Below are positions 35,832-45,911 of a stretch of 57,893 nucleotides of DNA, one piece after another. The stretch is from positions 1 through 57,893 of IMG/VR virus record IMGVR_UViG_3300025168_000100; one strand, written 5' to 3'. Position 1 is the first letter of the stretch, and the number at the start of each line of letters is the position of its first letter. A program made the position numbers and the translations under genes. The stretch is from a virus. Its lineage: Duplodnaviria; Caudoviricetes. The notes beneath the pieces are model-generated. The model had not been told where the DNA came from. It made no database searches and was given only the letters and a program-made list of their open reading frames with translations.

Positions 35832-37298
35832 TTACGCATTGAAGATAACAAAGTTGTTAGCTCCAAGAGTACATACCGCTCTTTCAGAAAGGAAGTTAAC
35901 CTGCATCTTATCAATGTCAGATGTCATAGCCCCTCCTGCAGAACCTGTAATCCAAGACTTATAACGACGGTCCTCAGTCTCAGACGCACGGTAACGCACG
36001 TGTAGGAATGGACGCTTCGCGTTCTTTCCGAGAACTTGGTCGTATACTGTCGTAGAACCTGCAGGTACTAGAAGACCGTTTACTGCACCGCTACCTGCCA
36101 CTGAAGACAAGTCACCACGCATAGTTGGGTCGTTTAAGTATTTCCAATCAGTCTTGTAGAAGTCATATCCTCTACGGAAGCCTGTGAAACCTAGGTTCAA
36201 CGCCATTTCTTTATCATTATCAAAAAGACCGTATGAAGTACCACCCGCTCCGTAAGAGTTTTGTGCTGCTAACATATCGTCGATATCGAATCCGAAATCA
36301 CGGTTTACAAATAGTACATTCTCCTCGATAGCACCTTGCTTATCAAGACGAGAAATAACTGTATCGAAGTCTGCAAGAGTAGTTGGATTACCACCTGCCC
36401 ATACATTACCACGGTTACCTACTACGTAGAAGATACCTTCAGAACCGTTAAGTCCTGCTACAGATGCTCCTGCTCCTACTGCTTGCAAGTAGTCACCTGC
36501 ACCTGAAGCGGCATCAGCGGGAACAGCTTCAATCATAGCTGTCTCTAAGTAATCATCAAAACGTAAGCGAGTCTCGTGCTCCGACTTAAGATACCATAGG
36601 TATCCTGCAGCACCATTCTCAGTAGTTACTTCTACCCATCCAATCTGAGCCATATCAGAACCATTTACTTCGTAAGTGTCCTTAAGGATAATAGGCTTGT
36701 TTTGGAAGATGAAATCGTCAGCCTCTAAAGACTCACTCATTCCCGAAGCTCCTTTGTTAAATTCAGAACCGTAGATAAATACAGTAACATCAGAGTTACC
36801 TGCACCTGTAGTAGCGCCTGCTGAACCTGCTGCTTCGTAGTAGTTAGCTTGGAAAGTTCCTGCTGCGTGGTCTACTGCACTAACGATAGCTTTGTTAGAA
36901 CCTAATCCGTTATTCCAAACAATCATAACAGTTTGGTTATTACGAATAGCGATTCCACCTGCTGCTGTAGCTGTAGTTCCTGCAGGAGCAATGTCATCAT
37001 TTACTGTGAATACCTGAGTATCCTGTCCTGCTGCAATAGCTGCTGCACCTACTTGTACATATTTAGTATGAAGTCTTCCTTGCTCCGCCCACTTAATAAG
37101 GTCAGAGTTAGAAGGCATTTCCGCACCTACCATACGTAGGAACGAAGAAATTGTGCGATTTCCATATCTTTCAAATTCTTTCTCGTAAGTATCAGGAAGA
37201 TACTGATTCAAGAAATCAAATGTCTTGATATAGTTTGAGGCTACGGGGATTCGCTGCGCACTTGGTTGCAAATCCACACCTGCTGCTGTTAAGCTCAT
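35832..37298 (-). CDS. Major capsid protein
   Basis: 488 aa, follows portal and scaffold, followed by a terminator; IKWAEQGRLH, FLSER...LGANNF. Confidence 0.85.
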   Translation of the reverse strand: MSLTAAGVDLQPSAQRIPVASNYIKTFDFLNQYLPDTYEKEFERYGNRTISSFLRMVGAEMPSNSDLIKWAEQGRLHTKYVQVGAAAIAAGQDTQVFTVNDDIAPAGTTATAAGGIAIRNNQTVMIVWNNGLGSNKAIVSAVDHAAGTFQANYYEAAGSAGATTGAGNSDVTVFIYGSEFNKGASGMSESLEADDFIFQNKPIILKDTYEVNGSDMAQIGWVEVTTENGAAGYLWYLKSEHETRLRFDDYLETAMIEAVPADAASGAGDYLQAVGAGASVAGLNGSEGIFYVVGNRGNVWAGGNPTTLADFDTVISRLDKQGAIEENVLFVNRDFGFDIDDMLAAQNSYGAGGTSYGLFDNDKEMALNLGFTGFRRGYDFYKTDWKYLNDPTMRGDLSSVAGSGAVNGLLVPAGSTTVYDQVLGKNAKRPFLHVRYRASETEDRRYKSWITGSAGGAMTSDIDKMQVNFLSERAVCTLGANNFVIFNA

Positions 37299-37313
37299 GT
37301 GTTCTAGTTTATA

Positions 37314-38441
37314 TTATTTTCTATGACTCCGAATTTTAAGCCCTCGACCTGAGTCAGTGTTCAAAGACTTTACTTGCATTCCCCCCTGCTTTGTTACTTC
37401 CGGCGTGTTACGTGTAGACATATCAATATTTTTCATCTTACGCATCGAGTCGTCCGCTTGAGCTGATTTACCTTGTTCATAAAAGAACTTAGCAAATTTA
37501 TCGGGGTTCATCGCTAATGCCAACGCTCTATGATATCCTGACCAATCTACTATAGCTCCACCATCATCTGTAAATTGCTTTACAAAATTCTGCGGATTAT
37601 TAAGCATCTCGGTAGCATCTCCGGGGACGTAGAAAGCTTTTTTATCTTCACCAATGGCGAACTCAAAACCTTTGAATTCTTGGTTAAATAATTTCTCACT
37701 CTCCTGCTTAAACACCTCTTGTTGGCGCTTAAGCCTTTCGTCGTAGCTCGCTGACTCATCGACATATTTACTATAAGCATCAAGTTTTTCTTGGTCTTCT
37801 TTAGAAATAGACGCCCCGCTTGACTCAAGGGGGAGTTGATACTTTTCTTTTTCTGACTCAAAATAGTCTCGGGCTTTAGCAATAGCCTTTTTCTTTGCTA
37901 GTCTAGTTTTCTTTACTGTAGATTCATCATCAATGTCTTCATCATATGAATACCCTTCCATTAGGGTATCTATATCTTCCGCATCGAGACCTTTCTCTGT
38001 AGCTACTAGATAGTCGTGAAGGATTTGGTCGGCAGGAACTTCATCAATATCTCGTTGGATTTTAATGAAATCATTTATTCCGCGTCCCGTCTCCTTTTTA
38101 TAATTTAGATAAGCTGATACATCCTCAGGCAATGGCTCTGACTCTTCACGAGCTTCAAACAATTGTCCTACAGAATCTATCTTTTTATCGTAACGATTTT
38201 TAATATATGAAAGAACTTCATCCTCGGTTAACTCCGTGGGTGTTTTTTGTGCCTCTGCTTCCGGTTGTACCGCCTCTTCTTGAGGGGGTGCTGCAGGAAC
38301 TTCATTACGTTGTTCCACAACCTCAACCTTAACTTCGGCCTCATTATTAAATTTTTCCTCATGTTTAGTAAGGAGTTCTTGTTCAATTTCGGCTTGAGAC
38401 TTTTCGTCTGTTGAACCTACTGCTCTAACTTTAATTTCCAT
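37314..38441 (-). CDS. Capsid scaffolding protein
   Basis: Acidic helical protein between portal and MCP; FYEQGK motif. Confidence 0.7.
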   Translation of the reverse strand: MEIKVRAVGSTDEKSQAEIEQELLTKHEEKFNNEAEVKVEVVEQRNEVPAAPPQEEAVQPEAEAQKTPTELTEDEVLSYIKNRYDKKIDSVGQLFEAREESEPLPEDVSAYLNYKKETGRGINDFIKIQRDIDEVPADQILHDYLVATEKGLDAEDIDTLMEGYSYDEDIDDESTVKKTRLAKKKAIAKARDYFESEKEKYQLPLESSGASISKEDQEKLDAYSKYVDESASYDERLKRQQEVFKQESEKLFNQEFKGFEFAIGEDKKAFYVPGDATEMLNNPQNFVKQFTDDGGAIVDWSGYHRALALAMNPDKFAKFFYEQGKSAQADDSMRKMKNIDMSTRNTPEVTKQGGMQVKSLNTDSGRGLKIRSHRK

Positions 38442-38456
38442 AGATTTAATTTATTG

Positions 38457-38464
38457 CAAAAATA
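38457..38464 (-). promoter_or_regulatory. -7 box TATTTTTG upstream of scaffold/capsid genes
   Basis: CAAAAATA on the + strand. Confidence 0.5.
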
Positions 38465-38482
38465 ATGCAGAAAAATTAGACA

Positions 38483-40918
38483 TTATCGAGGAGAAAACTC
38501 CGCCATGTCGAATCCATCTAAACTATCTTCATTTGATTCAAAATTTTGTGGTGGTAAATTATTCTTACGTTGGTTTATTAATTTACTCTGTTCTGTGTTC
38601 TGCTGACTTATACGTTCACTTTTAGCTCCCTCTCTTTCTTCTTCTCTTTGCTGTAAAGCACTTTCAGAAATATTACGAAGCTGTTGGTTGTAAGCAAACT
38701 CTTCAGCCATAAGCATTCTCTTAAGCTCGGCTTCATTCTTCATCTTCTCAATCTCAAAAGAAATCTCTGCTTGCTTAATTTGCATCTTAGATTGAGTCTC
38801 AGCTTGAATTTTTTGCATAGCTGCTTGTGCCGCCATCTGTTGAGATTGCTGATTTATCTTAGCTTGCATAGCTTGCTTCTGCGCTTCTCTATTGAGAGTT
38901 TGCTCCTCCTTCTTCATCCTCTTTAATTTAAGAAGTTGATTGCCAAGTTTTAAATTTTTAATCTCCCGTATATCAATAGCATCTTCAAGGTTGATGTCAC
39001 CTTTGCTTAATGCCATATTAATATTCTGTTCAAGCATAGCTTTTTGCTCTTCATCAGGGGCTACCTCAATGAAAATACCAAAGTCATAAATATATAAATC
39101 AGAAATATCTCTAAGTATACTTACATTATATTTTCCAATTTGATTTATAAACTGTTCAGTAAAATCTGAATACTCTAATATATCAGCTACACGATAGGAT
39201 AAACCTTCAGCTAAAGTTCTATACATATATAAACTCGCATCAAGAATATGACGAGTAGCTGTATTAGAATTAAGAGCTGCTAACTTCTGAACACCAACTA
39301 AAGCATTAGGGTCAGGTGTGCTTCCATCTCTCGCTTCGTTAAGACCTGTCACAGCTCTAATCATACCAAGGTAATGATTGTAGTTGGCTATAAGCATTTG
39401 AGTCTTTGAAGCCCCTGAGTTAGATGTTAACTGTTGTATAGGAATTTTCCCTTGGTTATATTCTCCATCTTGCGTATAAGACCTTCCAATTACAGAGCCT
39501 GTTTGGAAATAAAGCCTTAAAGCATCTTCAGGATTATAAGCATTACCTGTGCCTAAATCCACTTCATTTAATCCATCCGCATCAATGTATACTCCATCAG
39601 GCACAGTTCTAGCTATTACCTGTTGTAACTTAAGGTGAGTCATCTGAATTAAATCAGCAAAAGGAATCATCCTTCTAACCAATGACTCTACTACACCTTT
39701 GTACATACGAGGAGCTACGGCTACATAGTTAGGGATAGCGTGCTGAGTGGCAGACTGAGGGCGTACCATGTTCTTAGCCATCTCCCATTGTAGGACATAG
39801 TTAGTACCCATCACCATTACTCCTTCATACCATACATCTATAACTTTCTCCACTTTCTCAAAGTTACCCTCCTCCATCATATCAGTAGGCGGATTAAATG
39901 TATCATCCTTTGGTATCATCTTCATGTTACCATTGTCAGAAATCTTTTTCTTATATACTACTTTATTAGAAGACTTATAATTAAAGTATAATAAAGTAAC
40001 AGTATCTCTATAGAATATATCGTTCTGATAAAACTGAGCTACATTAAAGTAATCATACCAACTTTGTCCCCTTTTAGATATCTCTTCTAAATCTTCATTA
40101 GTAAGACTTGGGTCAATCTTGCGTAACTCATTAATATTAACAGTCTTCACCTCTCCCCAATAAAAACAATCTTTAAAGTGGGGGTCTTCGGTATAGCTAT
40201 ATACTATGTTTACAGGGTCTACATATGAAACTTTTACGCCTGCGCCTTTTAGAAACTCATGCTTACCAACAGATATCCCTAATACAGTTAAGTCATAGTC
40301 AAACCTCTTGCGTAAATCTATATAATGATTGTCAGCGAAAATAGTATTAATAGCTTCTTCTTCAGCTATCTCTATAGCAGGCTTATAATTAAGCTGCATA
40401 TATAACGACAACTCTGCATCATCGTTAGGAAGTTGTTCCGGGCTTACTACAAAAGGGTCCGCACCGGTAGCTTTTTGAATTTTCTCAAGAAGAGGTTTGG
40501 CCACCATTTGACCTTCAATCATATCCTGATACTTGTTTCTTTTAGATTGCGACAAAGCGTCTTGAGCATATGCTTTAACTTGAAATAACCTGTCGGACAT
40601 TCCATTTACTACAATATCTACAAACTTAGGCAATATTGGAACAGGTGTCCAATCCAAGTTTAAATAAGAAAGGTCGCCATCTACGGCTAACTCTTGTTTA
40701 TACTTTGCTATTGCCTGCTCTCCACGCGCGTAAAGTCTTAACCTATGGAATGCTCTCCATTGGTCGTAGAACCTACACTGACTTCCATCCTTCTTAAACC
40801 ATTCATACTGAATAGCTTGCCCAATTTGGAGTCCAAACTCATAAGAGTCTTTTTCCGCGTCGGACACGAATTGACTTGGAAAACCTGTGGATGTTATACT
40901 TATCTTAACATCTTTCAT
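38483..40918 (-). CDS. Portal protein
   Basis: 811 aa directly after TerL; PVPILPKFVDIVVNGM, TGLNEARDG, Gln-rich C-terminal barrel helix. Confidence 0.88.
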   Translation of the reverse strand: MKDVKISITSTGFPSQFVSDAEKDSYEFGLQIGQAIQYEWFKKDGSQCRFYDQWRAFHRLRLYARGEQAIAKYKQELAVDGDLSYLNLDWTPVPILPKFVDIVVNGMSDRLFQVKAYAQDALSQSKRNKYQDMIEGQMVAKPLLEKIQKATGADPFVVSPEQLPNDDAELSLYMQLNYKPAIEIAEEEAINTIFADNHYIDLRKRFDYDLTVLGISVGKHEFLKGAGVKVSYVDPVNIVYSYTEDPHFKDCFYWGEVKTVNINELRKIDPSLTNEDLEEISKRGQSWYDYFNVAQFYQNDIFYRDTVTLLYFNYKSSNKVVYKKKISDNGNMKMIPKDDTFNPPTDMMEEGNFEKVEKVIDVWYEGVMVMGTNYVLQWEMAKNMVRPQSATQHAIPNYVAVAPRMYKGVVESLVRRMIPFADLIQMTHLKLQQVIARTVPDGVYIDADGLNEVDLGTGNAYNPEDALRLYFQTGSVIGRSYTQDGEYNQGKIPIQQLTSNSGASKTQMLIANYNHYLGMIRAVTGLNEARDGSTPDPNALVGVQKLAALNSNTATRHILDASLYMYRTLAEGLSYRVADILEYSDFTEQFINQIGKYNVSILRDISDLYIYDFGIFIEVAPDEEQKAMLEQNINMALSKGDINLEDAIDIREIKNLKLGNQLLKLKRMKKEEQTLNREAQKQAMQAKINQQSQQMAAQAAMQKIQAETQSKMQIKQAEISFEIEKMKNEAELKRMLMAEEFAYNQQLRNISESALQQREEEREGAKSERISQQNTEQSKLINQRKNNLPPQNFESNEDSLDGFDMAEFSPR

Positions 40919-43164
40919 GTAACAATTTCACTTATAGTCCCCGCGTTATTATACCTCGCAAAGGTAAGACTTATTTTATTATTCTTTTTTTCCGGTTGAT
41001 AGAGATGTTTTTGACAAGCCATTATAGCTAAACCTGAACTTATAGAAGCGTCAAACTTAGTTCTATTGGTTATATCAAACTTCGCCCAATCCTCAAGAGT
41101 GTTAGTAAAAATCATAGAACCCATATCGTCTCTATCTCTAAACACCCCCTCTAAATCCATTCCTACATATTTTTCAATATAAGATTCAATAGCTGAAGCA
41201 TGAGCTTGCTTTACATCTTCCGAGGAGTTAGGTATACCACCTAATTCCTTTTCAGTTTTAGATAACTTATTATACAACTTGTCAGGCCGATTAATAGAAA
41301 AACCTCTATATCCTCTATTCTTAAAATGATAAAGCATACGAGGTTTGTTGTTCTCTATTAAAATAGGCATGCCGTAAAAAACACAAGCCATTAATACTTC
41401 TTCATAAAATATTTCTGCAGTTTGAGGTCGAGCTATGTATTCTAAAAAAAACTCATTACTCGGAGCATCATCCATATTAAATTTGGTTAGACCATGTAAA
41501 GCTCCGTTAGAACCTCCACCACCTACTACTCCTGATATATCATATGAGTCACATCCAAACGCGCCTACGTGTTCGTTGCCCGGATATTTAATTCCATTAC
41601 GAGTTACTACTTGATTTTGTAATCCTTTTTTAGGAGTCCAACTAACCAAGAACCTTCCTTTTTTATCAGGAGAAAAAATAACCTTAGTATCTTTTACACC
41701 ATCCCTCCACCTAAAACTACCACGAGTTATGTGGTGCTCTTTTATTAAGCTGTCATTATAATCTATTTGCTGATAAATTCTAGTAAGATTAAATAAAGAC
41801 TGCTTGCTTTCATCTCTAAAAGCATGAGACTCTGTTCGAGGAAATTGACGATAGTATTCATTTAAAGCATCTGCATCATTTTTTAATGAGTCTACTTCAG
41901 CTTCCCAATAGTCAAGCGCTCCTTGATGTATGTCTTCACCATCAATTCCGAGTACGGGTAAGCGGGGATTCCTAAAAACAGGCATACCATATATATCAAT
42001 AAATCCTTCCATATTCCATTCCATAGGAATAAATAAAGAGTATAACCCACTTTTCGTTTGGCCATTTCTATTTCTTTTCTTTACATCTGAATCTTCATAT
42101 AACTTTTTAAAGTTACCTCCCCCTTTATTTAATGCGTTAGATGTAGAACCCATCATACATTTTCCTATTATCTTACTACCTAACCTCAAACAGGTTTTAG
42201 TAACGCGCCAATTATTTAAAATATTATTTGGCTTTATCCATTTTCCACTCTCATCATGCACAAGTAACAATAACTTTTCTCCATCATAAGAGTTGTCATC
42301 AGTATTTTTCCAATCTATAGTAGTATCTAATCCTTCAATTTCCTCCTGCTCTATGTTAAACATATTCTTTTTGGTAATCTTAGCTGCCGGAACTCGATAA
42401 GCAAGTTCTGTCTTAGGCTTATCCATACCATCCATAATAGGTTTGAAAAAAAATGGAAGTCTACTGTTAATAGGGACTACCTTATCGGTAAACATTTTTT
42501 TTGCATCAGTACCCGTCTTAGATAAAATTCCAACACGAGAATCTTTGGCTAGAGTAGCAGTGTTCACACATTCAGATGATGACATAAAAGAAAATCCTGA
42601 ACGACGAATCTTAAGATAAACCATTCCGAAACAACGGTTATCTGCTTTACAAGCTTCCCAATATATATATAGTAATCTATTGGCTTCTCTAAAATCAGGG
42701 TATCCAATATCAATATTAGTCCACTGTAGATACATATAGTGAGCTCCCGTAAGATAAGTAGGAATGTTCTGATTCATAAACCAATGCCCTTCTTCTCTAT
42801 AGTCAAATTCTTTTTCTATGTATTCTACATATCGACTTTTAAAATCTTTATGCATTTCATTCCATTGAAATATTGACTGTATCTTACTTAACTGTTTGCT
42901 TATATCACTCCTTTCCCAATACTGTTCTACTTCCTTTTTACTTCGAGTGTAACATTCTTTAGGAGCTTTCGGTAAAGCTATACGTAAATTTTGTATTTCA
43001 TATACTTCTCCTACAGTTCCGTTTTTAGAAATAATAACTACATCATATTTAGAGTTATATCCATACTTCCATGTCTTAGCCTTATTTTTTGAGGTAAGTA
43101 CATGTTTAGGAATATAATCTTTTACTACTCTGTGTAATTTATTATTTTGACCTTCGTTCTGCAA
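40915..43164 (-). CDS. terL: Terminase large subunit
   Basis: KIRRSGFS (Walker A-like), LLVHDESGKW (Walker B), MGST, FGCDSYD nuclease motif. Confidence 0.9.
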   Translation of the reverse strand: MQNEGQNNKLHRVVKDYIPKHVLTSKNKAKTWKYGYNSKYDVVIISKNGTVGEVYEIQNLRIALPKAPKECYTRSKKEVEQYWERSDISKQLSKIQSIFQWNEMHKDFKSRYVEYIEKEFDYREEGHWFMNQNIPTYLTGAHYMYLQWTNIDIGYPDFREANRLLYIYWEACKADNRCFGMVYLKIRRSGFSFMSSSECVNTATLAKDSRVGILSKTGTDAKKMFTDKVVPINSRLPFFFKPIMDGMDKPKTELAYRVPAAKITKKNMFNIEQEEIEGLDTTIDWKNTDDNSYDGEKLLLLVHDESGKWIKPNNILNNWRVTKTCLRLGSKIIGKCMMGSTSNALNKGGGNFKKLYEDSDVKKRNRNGQTKSGLYSLFIPMEWNMEGFIDIYGMPVFRNPRLPVLGIDGEDIHQGALDYWEAEVDSLKNDADALNEYYRQFPRTESHAFRDESKQSLFNLTRIYQQIDYNDSLIKEHHITRGSFRWRDGVKDTKVIFSPDKKGRFLVSWTPKKGLQNQVVTRNGIKYPGNEHVGAFGCDSYDISGVVGGGGSNGALHGLTKFNMDDAPSNEFFLEYIARPQTAEIFYEEVLMACVFYGMPILIENNKPRMLYHFKNRGYRGFSINRPDKLYNKLSKTEKELGGIPNSSEDVKQAHASAIESYIEKYVGMDLEGVFRDRDDMGSMIFTNTLEDWAKFDITNRTKFDASISSGLAIMACQKHLYQPEKKNNKISLTFARYNNAGTISEIVT

Positions 43165-43426
43165 ATCCTTGCTTAGTATCTATATTTTTTGCTATAGGAT
43201 TATCTATTTCCTCAAGAGCTTCCTTCTCCGCTTCAATACGGTTTAGAATCTCGAATGCATCAAATATAGCTAATTTTTTTGTAGCAGCTGCATTTTTTAA
43301 TCTATCTGCTGATAAATCATCTTCAGGGTCGTGCTTAATAATAGCTTCCTTAGCTACTTTAATAAGTTGTTCTACCGCCCTATGCCCTGCTTCGATTATT
43401 TTTAATTTAGTTTCTTTGGATGTCAT
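43142..43426 (-). CDS. Putative terminase small subunit
   Basis: Small helical protein overlapping the TerL start; assigned by position only. Confidence 0.5.
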   Translation of the reverse strand: MTSKETKLKIIEAGHRAVEQLIKVAKEAIIKHDPEDDLSADRLKNAAATKKLAIFDAFEILNRIEAEKEALEEIDNPIAKNIDTKQGFAERRSK

Positions 43427-43986
43427 ACCTGTAAAGTTATCTGATGGTCAAAGATTCTATACATAATTTCTCCATCTACTTTAAAAGCGTACTCACTATC
43501 GGGAGTAAAGGACACTTTTGTCCCTTCTAATATACCATGCTCTTGCATATAAGAATTAGGATATTTCATTATCCCCATTAACGGTTCATAAGTAAAGGGT
43601 TTATAAATGTAAGACTCTTCTGCTTCAACAGGAGCAACAAAACAATATCTGTCATGAGCTTTCCATTGTGTACCATTATGGTACATATAAAATTGCTCCG
43701 TATCGACAAAAAATAAATCTTCTTTAAAAAAACTTTTACCGCTCTTACGCCTACCTCTCATGTCATTATAAAACTTAAAAACATTGTGGTGCACAAGAAG
43801 AGTGTCCCCCTTTTTTATAGGTCCTTCATAACCAATAGGCACTTCTACTACAATAGCTTTTCTATTAGCAGAGCTGTGGTCTTCTTCAGAAGTATGAGTT
43901 ATAAACTCTACACCTTCCCACTCAACGGTATTGTCGTAGCGTTTTCCTTTAGAAGGTTTAACGATAAAATTAGATGGCGACTTCAT
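43423..43986 (-). CDS. Tandem GroES-like co-chaperonin-fold protein
   Basis: Two units with GroES-like patterns: FIVKP...AIVVEVP...IKKGDTLLVH and YCFVAP...GTKVSF...FKVDGEIMYRI. Confidence 0.6.
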   Translation of the reverse strand: MKSPSNFIVKPSKGKRYDNTVEWEGVEFITHTSEEDHSSANRKAIVVEVPIGYEGPIKKGDTLLVHHNVFKFYNDMRGRRKSGKSFFKEDLFFVDTEQFYMYHNGTQWKAHDRYCFVAPVEAEESYIYKPFTYEPLMGIMKYPNSYMQEHGILEGTKVSFTPDSEYAFKVDGEIMYRIFDHQITLQV

Positions 43987-44165
43987 TAAGACCCACAACC
44001 TTCACACTCTATAGGGTCATGCCCCGTAGGTTTCACTCCATTTAATTTCATCTCAAGCACATGTATTTGCGAATGCAAATCTAATCTTTCTACAAAATCG
44101 TTTGTAGCTTTTTTTTTCTCTACAAGCTTTGCGATTTCATTTTTTATAGATTCTTCACGAGTCAT
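43986..44165 (-). CDS. 59-aa helical peptide ending CEGCGS (absent from the ORF track)
   Basis: Hand translation; TAATG overlap with the downstream gene. Confidence 0.7.
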   Translation of the reverse strand: MTREESIKNEIAKLVEKKKATNDFVERLDLHSQIHVLEMKLNGVKPTGHDPIECEGCGS

Positions 44166-44295
44166 TATTTTTCAAGTTAAGTTGGTTGTAAATACTTTTA
44201 TCAATTGTACTTTGTTTAACTTGACCTGACCATTTATCAGGATTGCCATTTTTAGAAATGGCTGCTGAAAAATAAGGTTTTAATGTTTTATCCAT
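44155..44295 (-). CDS. Possible 46-aa hypothetical protein
   Basis: Fills the gap between neighbours. Confidence 0.4.
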   Translation of the reverse strand: MDKTLKPYFSAAISKNGNPDKWSGQVKQSTIDKSIYNQLNLKNNDS

Positions 44296-44298
44296 TAC

Positions 44299-44517
44299 TT
44301 AGAAGTGTATATTATATTCAATTGAAACAGGCATTGTATTAGTAAAAGATTTCCATAAAGTAATTTCATCTTCTTTCTGTATCCAAATTTTTATCTCATC
44401 TCCGGTACGTTGAATAAGATGGATTTGGTATTTACCGTTAAGCACTTGCTGCCCTACGATGTAGTGCATAGCTCCTGACTTGTAGTCAGGCCCTATGGAA
44501 ATCTTTCGGATATCCAT
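44299..44517 (-). CDS. Hypothetical protein
   Basis: MDIRKISIGPDYKSGAMHYIVGQ...MPVSIEYNI. Confidence 0.75.
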   Translation of the reverse strand: MDIRKISIGPDYKSGAMHYIVGQQVLNGKYQIHLIQRTGDEIKIWIQKEDEITLWKSFTNTMPVSIEYNIHF

Positions 44518-44518
44518 A

Positions 44519-45184
44519 CTACTGCTTTACCATTAAGATGCCGGCTATATTTAAAGGAGCAGCTCCTGTACCATTTGTTACGTACATATCTCCTGCTACT
44601 AGCCCACCTACACCTGCCGCCGCATCGTCAGCATACTTGGTCATAGTATTAGATGTTGATTGCCAATTGTTAGCTATCCATCTAACTTCCGTGCCGGTAC
44701 TAGACAATATTGCACCTGAAGTTCCTGAACTAGTTGTTCCATCCTTTAAGCCACCATCAATAAATAAATCTTGTCCGGCCGTAATATTAGCTCCACCATT
44801 GAAGTTAGCAGGAGTTTGGAACGTGTTTACTCCACCTACAGTTCCAAAGGTAGAGTTAGTAGTTACCGTAAGAGAGTTAGTGCCTACACTGCCAAAGCTA
44901 CATACTCCTGAAGCATCAATTGTCCCAACATTTTGGATGTCTCCCGTACCTAATCCATCAAACTTACCCGTCACCAAAATGGAACCTGTCAAACTAATGT
45001 TATTAGTAGCAGTATTCCCGGCAGTAAGCACTTGCTCAAGGTTAACTAATCCCCCTGTACCTGCTAAAGCAGCTATTTCTTCTACCTTAAAGTTTTTAGT
45101 TACATCTGATGCGGTAACATCTGTGCCAATAACTAAGTCTCCTGTTACAGGCTTCTCGGTACTATACGTGCTAATTCTAGCCAT
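44519..45184 (-). CDS. Gly/Thr-rich fibre-like structural protein
   Basis: MARISTY N-terminus, LEQVLTAGNTAT, GTSGAILSSTG fibre-type motifs. Confidence 0.6.
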   Translation of the reverse strand: MARISTYSTEKPVTGDLVIGTDVTASDVTKNFKVEEIAALAGTGGLVNLEQVLTAGNTATNNISLTGSILVTGKFDGLGTGDIQNVGTIDASGVCSFGSVGTNSLTVTTNSTFGTVGGVNTFQTPANFNGGANITAGQDLFIDGGLKDGTTSSGTSGAILSSTGTEVRWIANNWQSTSNTMTKYADDAAAGVGGLVAGDMYVTNGTGAAPLNIAGILMVKQ

Positions 45185-45189
45185 CTTTA

Positions 45190-45426
45190 TTATTCTTTAT
45201 CTTCTTTCTTTCCTACCTCACCGGTTTGTACATTAATCATTGCGTCTTCACCATACTTCACCATTAACTCTCCTTCGTAAGTGTTATACTCGTCTTTAAG
45301 CATCTTCACCTGCTCGGTCATAGAGTGTTGGGCAAGTACCGCATCACCAATTTTCATTTTTAATGTATTAAACTCAGTTAGAAAAGATTGAACTTTGTTT
45401 AACTCTTCTTTAGTTAGATTTTCCAT
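45190..45426 (-). CDS. Small coiled-coil protein
   Basis: ...LMVKYG...INVQTGEV; -7 box at 45449-45456. Confidence 0.7.
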   Translation of the reverse strand: MENLTKEELNKVQSFLTEFNTLKMKIGDAVLAQHSMTEQVKMLKDEYNTYEGELMVKYGEDAMINVQTGEVGKKEDKE

Positions 45427-45467
45427 TAGAATAAAATTTATTGTACCGCAAAGATACAGATTTTTAA

Positions 45468-45911
45468 TTAGCCTTTTTTTGCTGACCCTCCAAAGAAGAA
45501 ATCTACAACGGTATTAACCTTGGCGCTCATTGCCCCAAAGATAGTAGAGATAAAGCTAATTTCAAACTCTCCAAGATTTATATCTTCAGTAACAAAGTAT
45601 TTAAACATTACAAAACTTAATCCAAAATATGCTATAGTAAATACTGTCGCTAAAATTTTTTGTATGATACTGTCATCATTATATAAATTCCTTGCGCTTT
45701 CACGGTCTTGTACTTCTAGCTGATATAGCTCTACAATCTGAGCGTGAGCCTGAGCTTTATCTTCCGGCGTAAGCTGTGACTCATCAATCATCTTACCTAC
45801 CGCACCAAGTAATCCGGCATCAGGAAGCAACTCACCTGCTACATTTAGAATGTCGGGGGCTTTATCCTTAAGCCATTTTCCTATCTTAGTGTCTTTAAGT
45901 TTCTTTTTCAT
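45468..45911 (-). CDS. Putative holin (GTA 3TM-holin-like)
   Basis: EVQDRESAR followed by two TM segments ending VVDFFFGGS. Confidence 0.65.
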   Translation of the reverse strand: MKKKLKDTKIGKWLKDKAPDILNVAGELLPDAGLLGAVGKMIDESQLTPEDKAQAHAQIVELYQLEVQDRESARNLYNDDSIIQKILATVFTIAYFGLSFVMFKYFVTEDINLGEFEISFISTIFGAMSAKVNTVVDFFFGGSAKKG

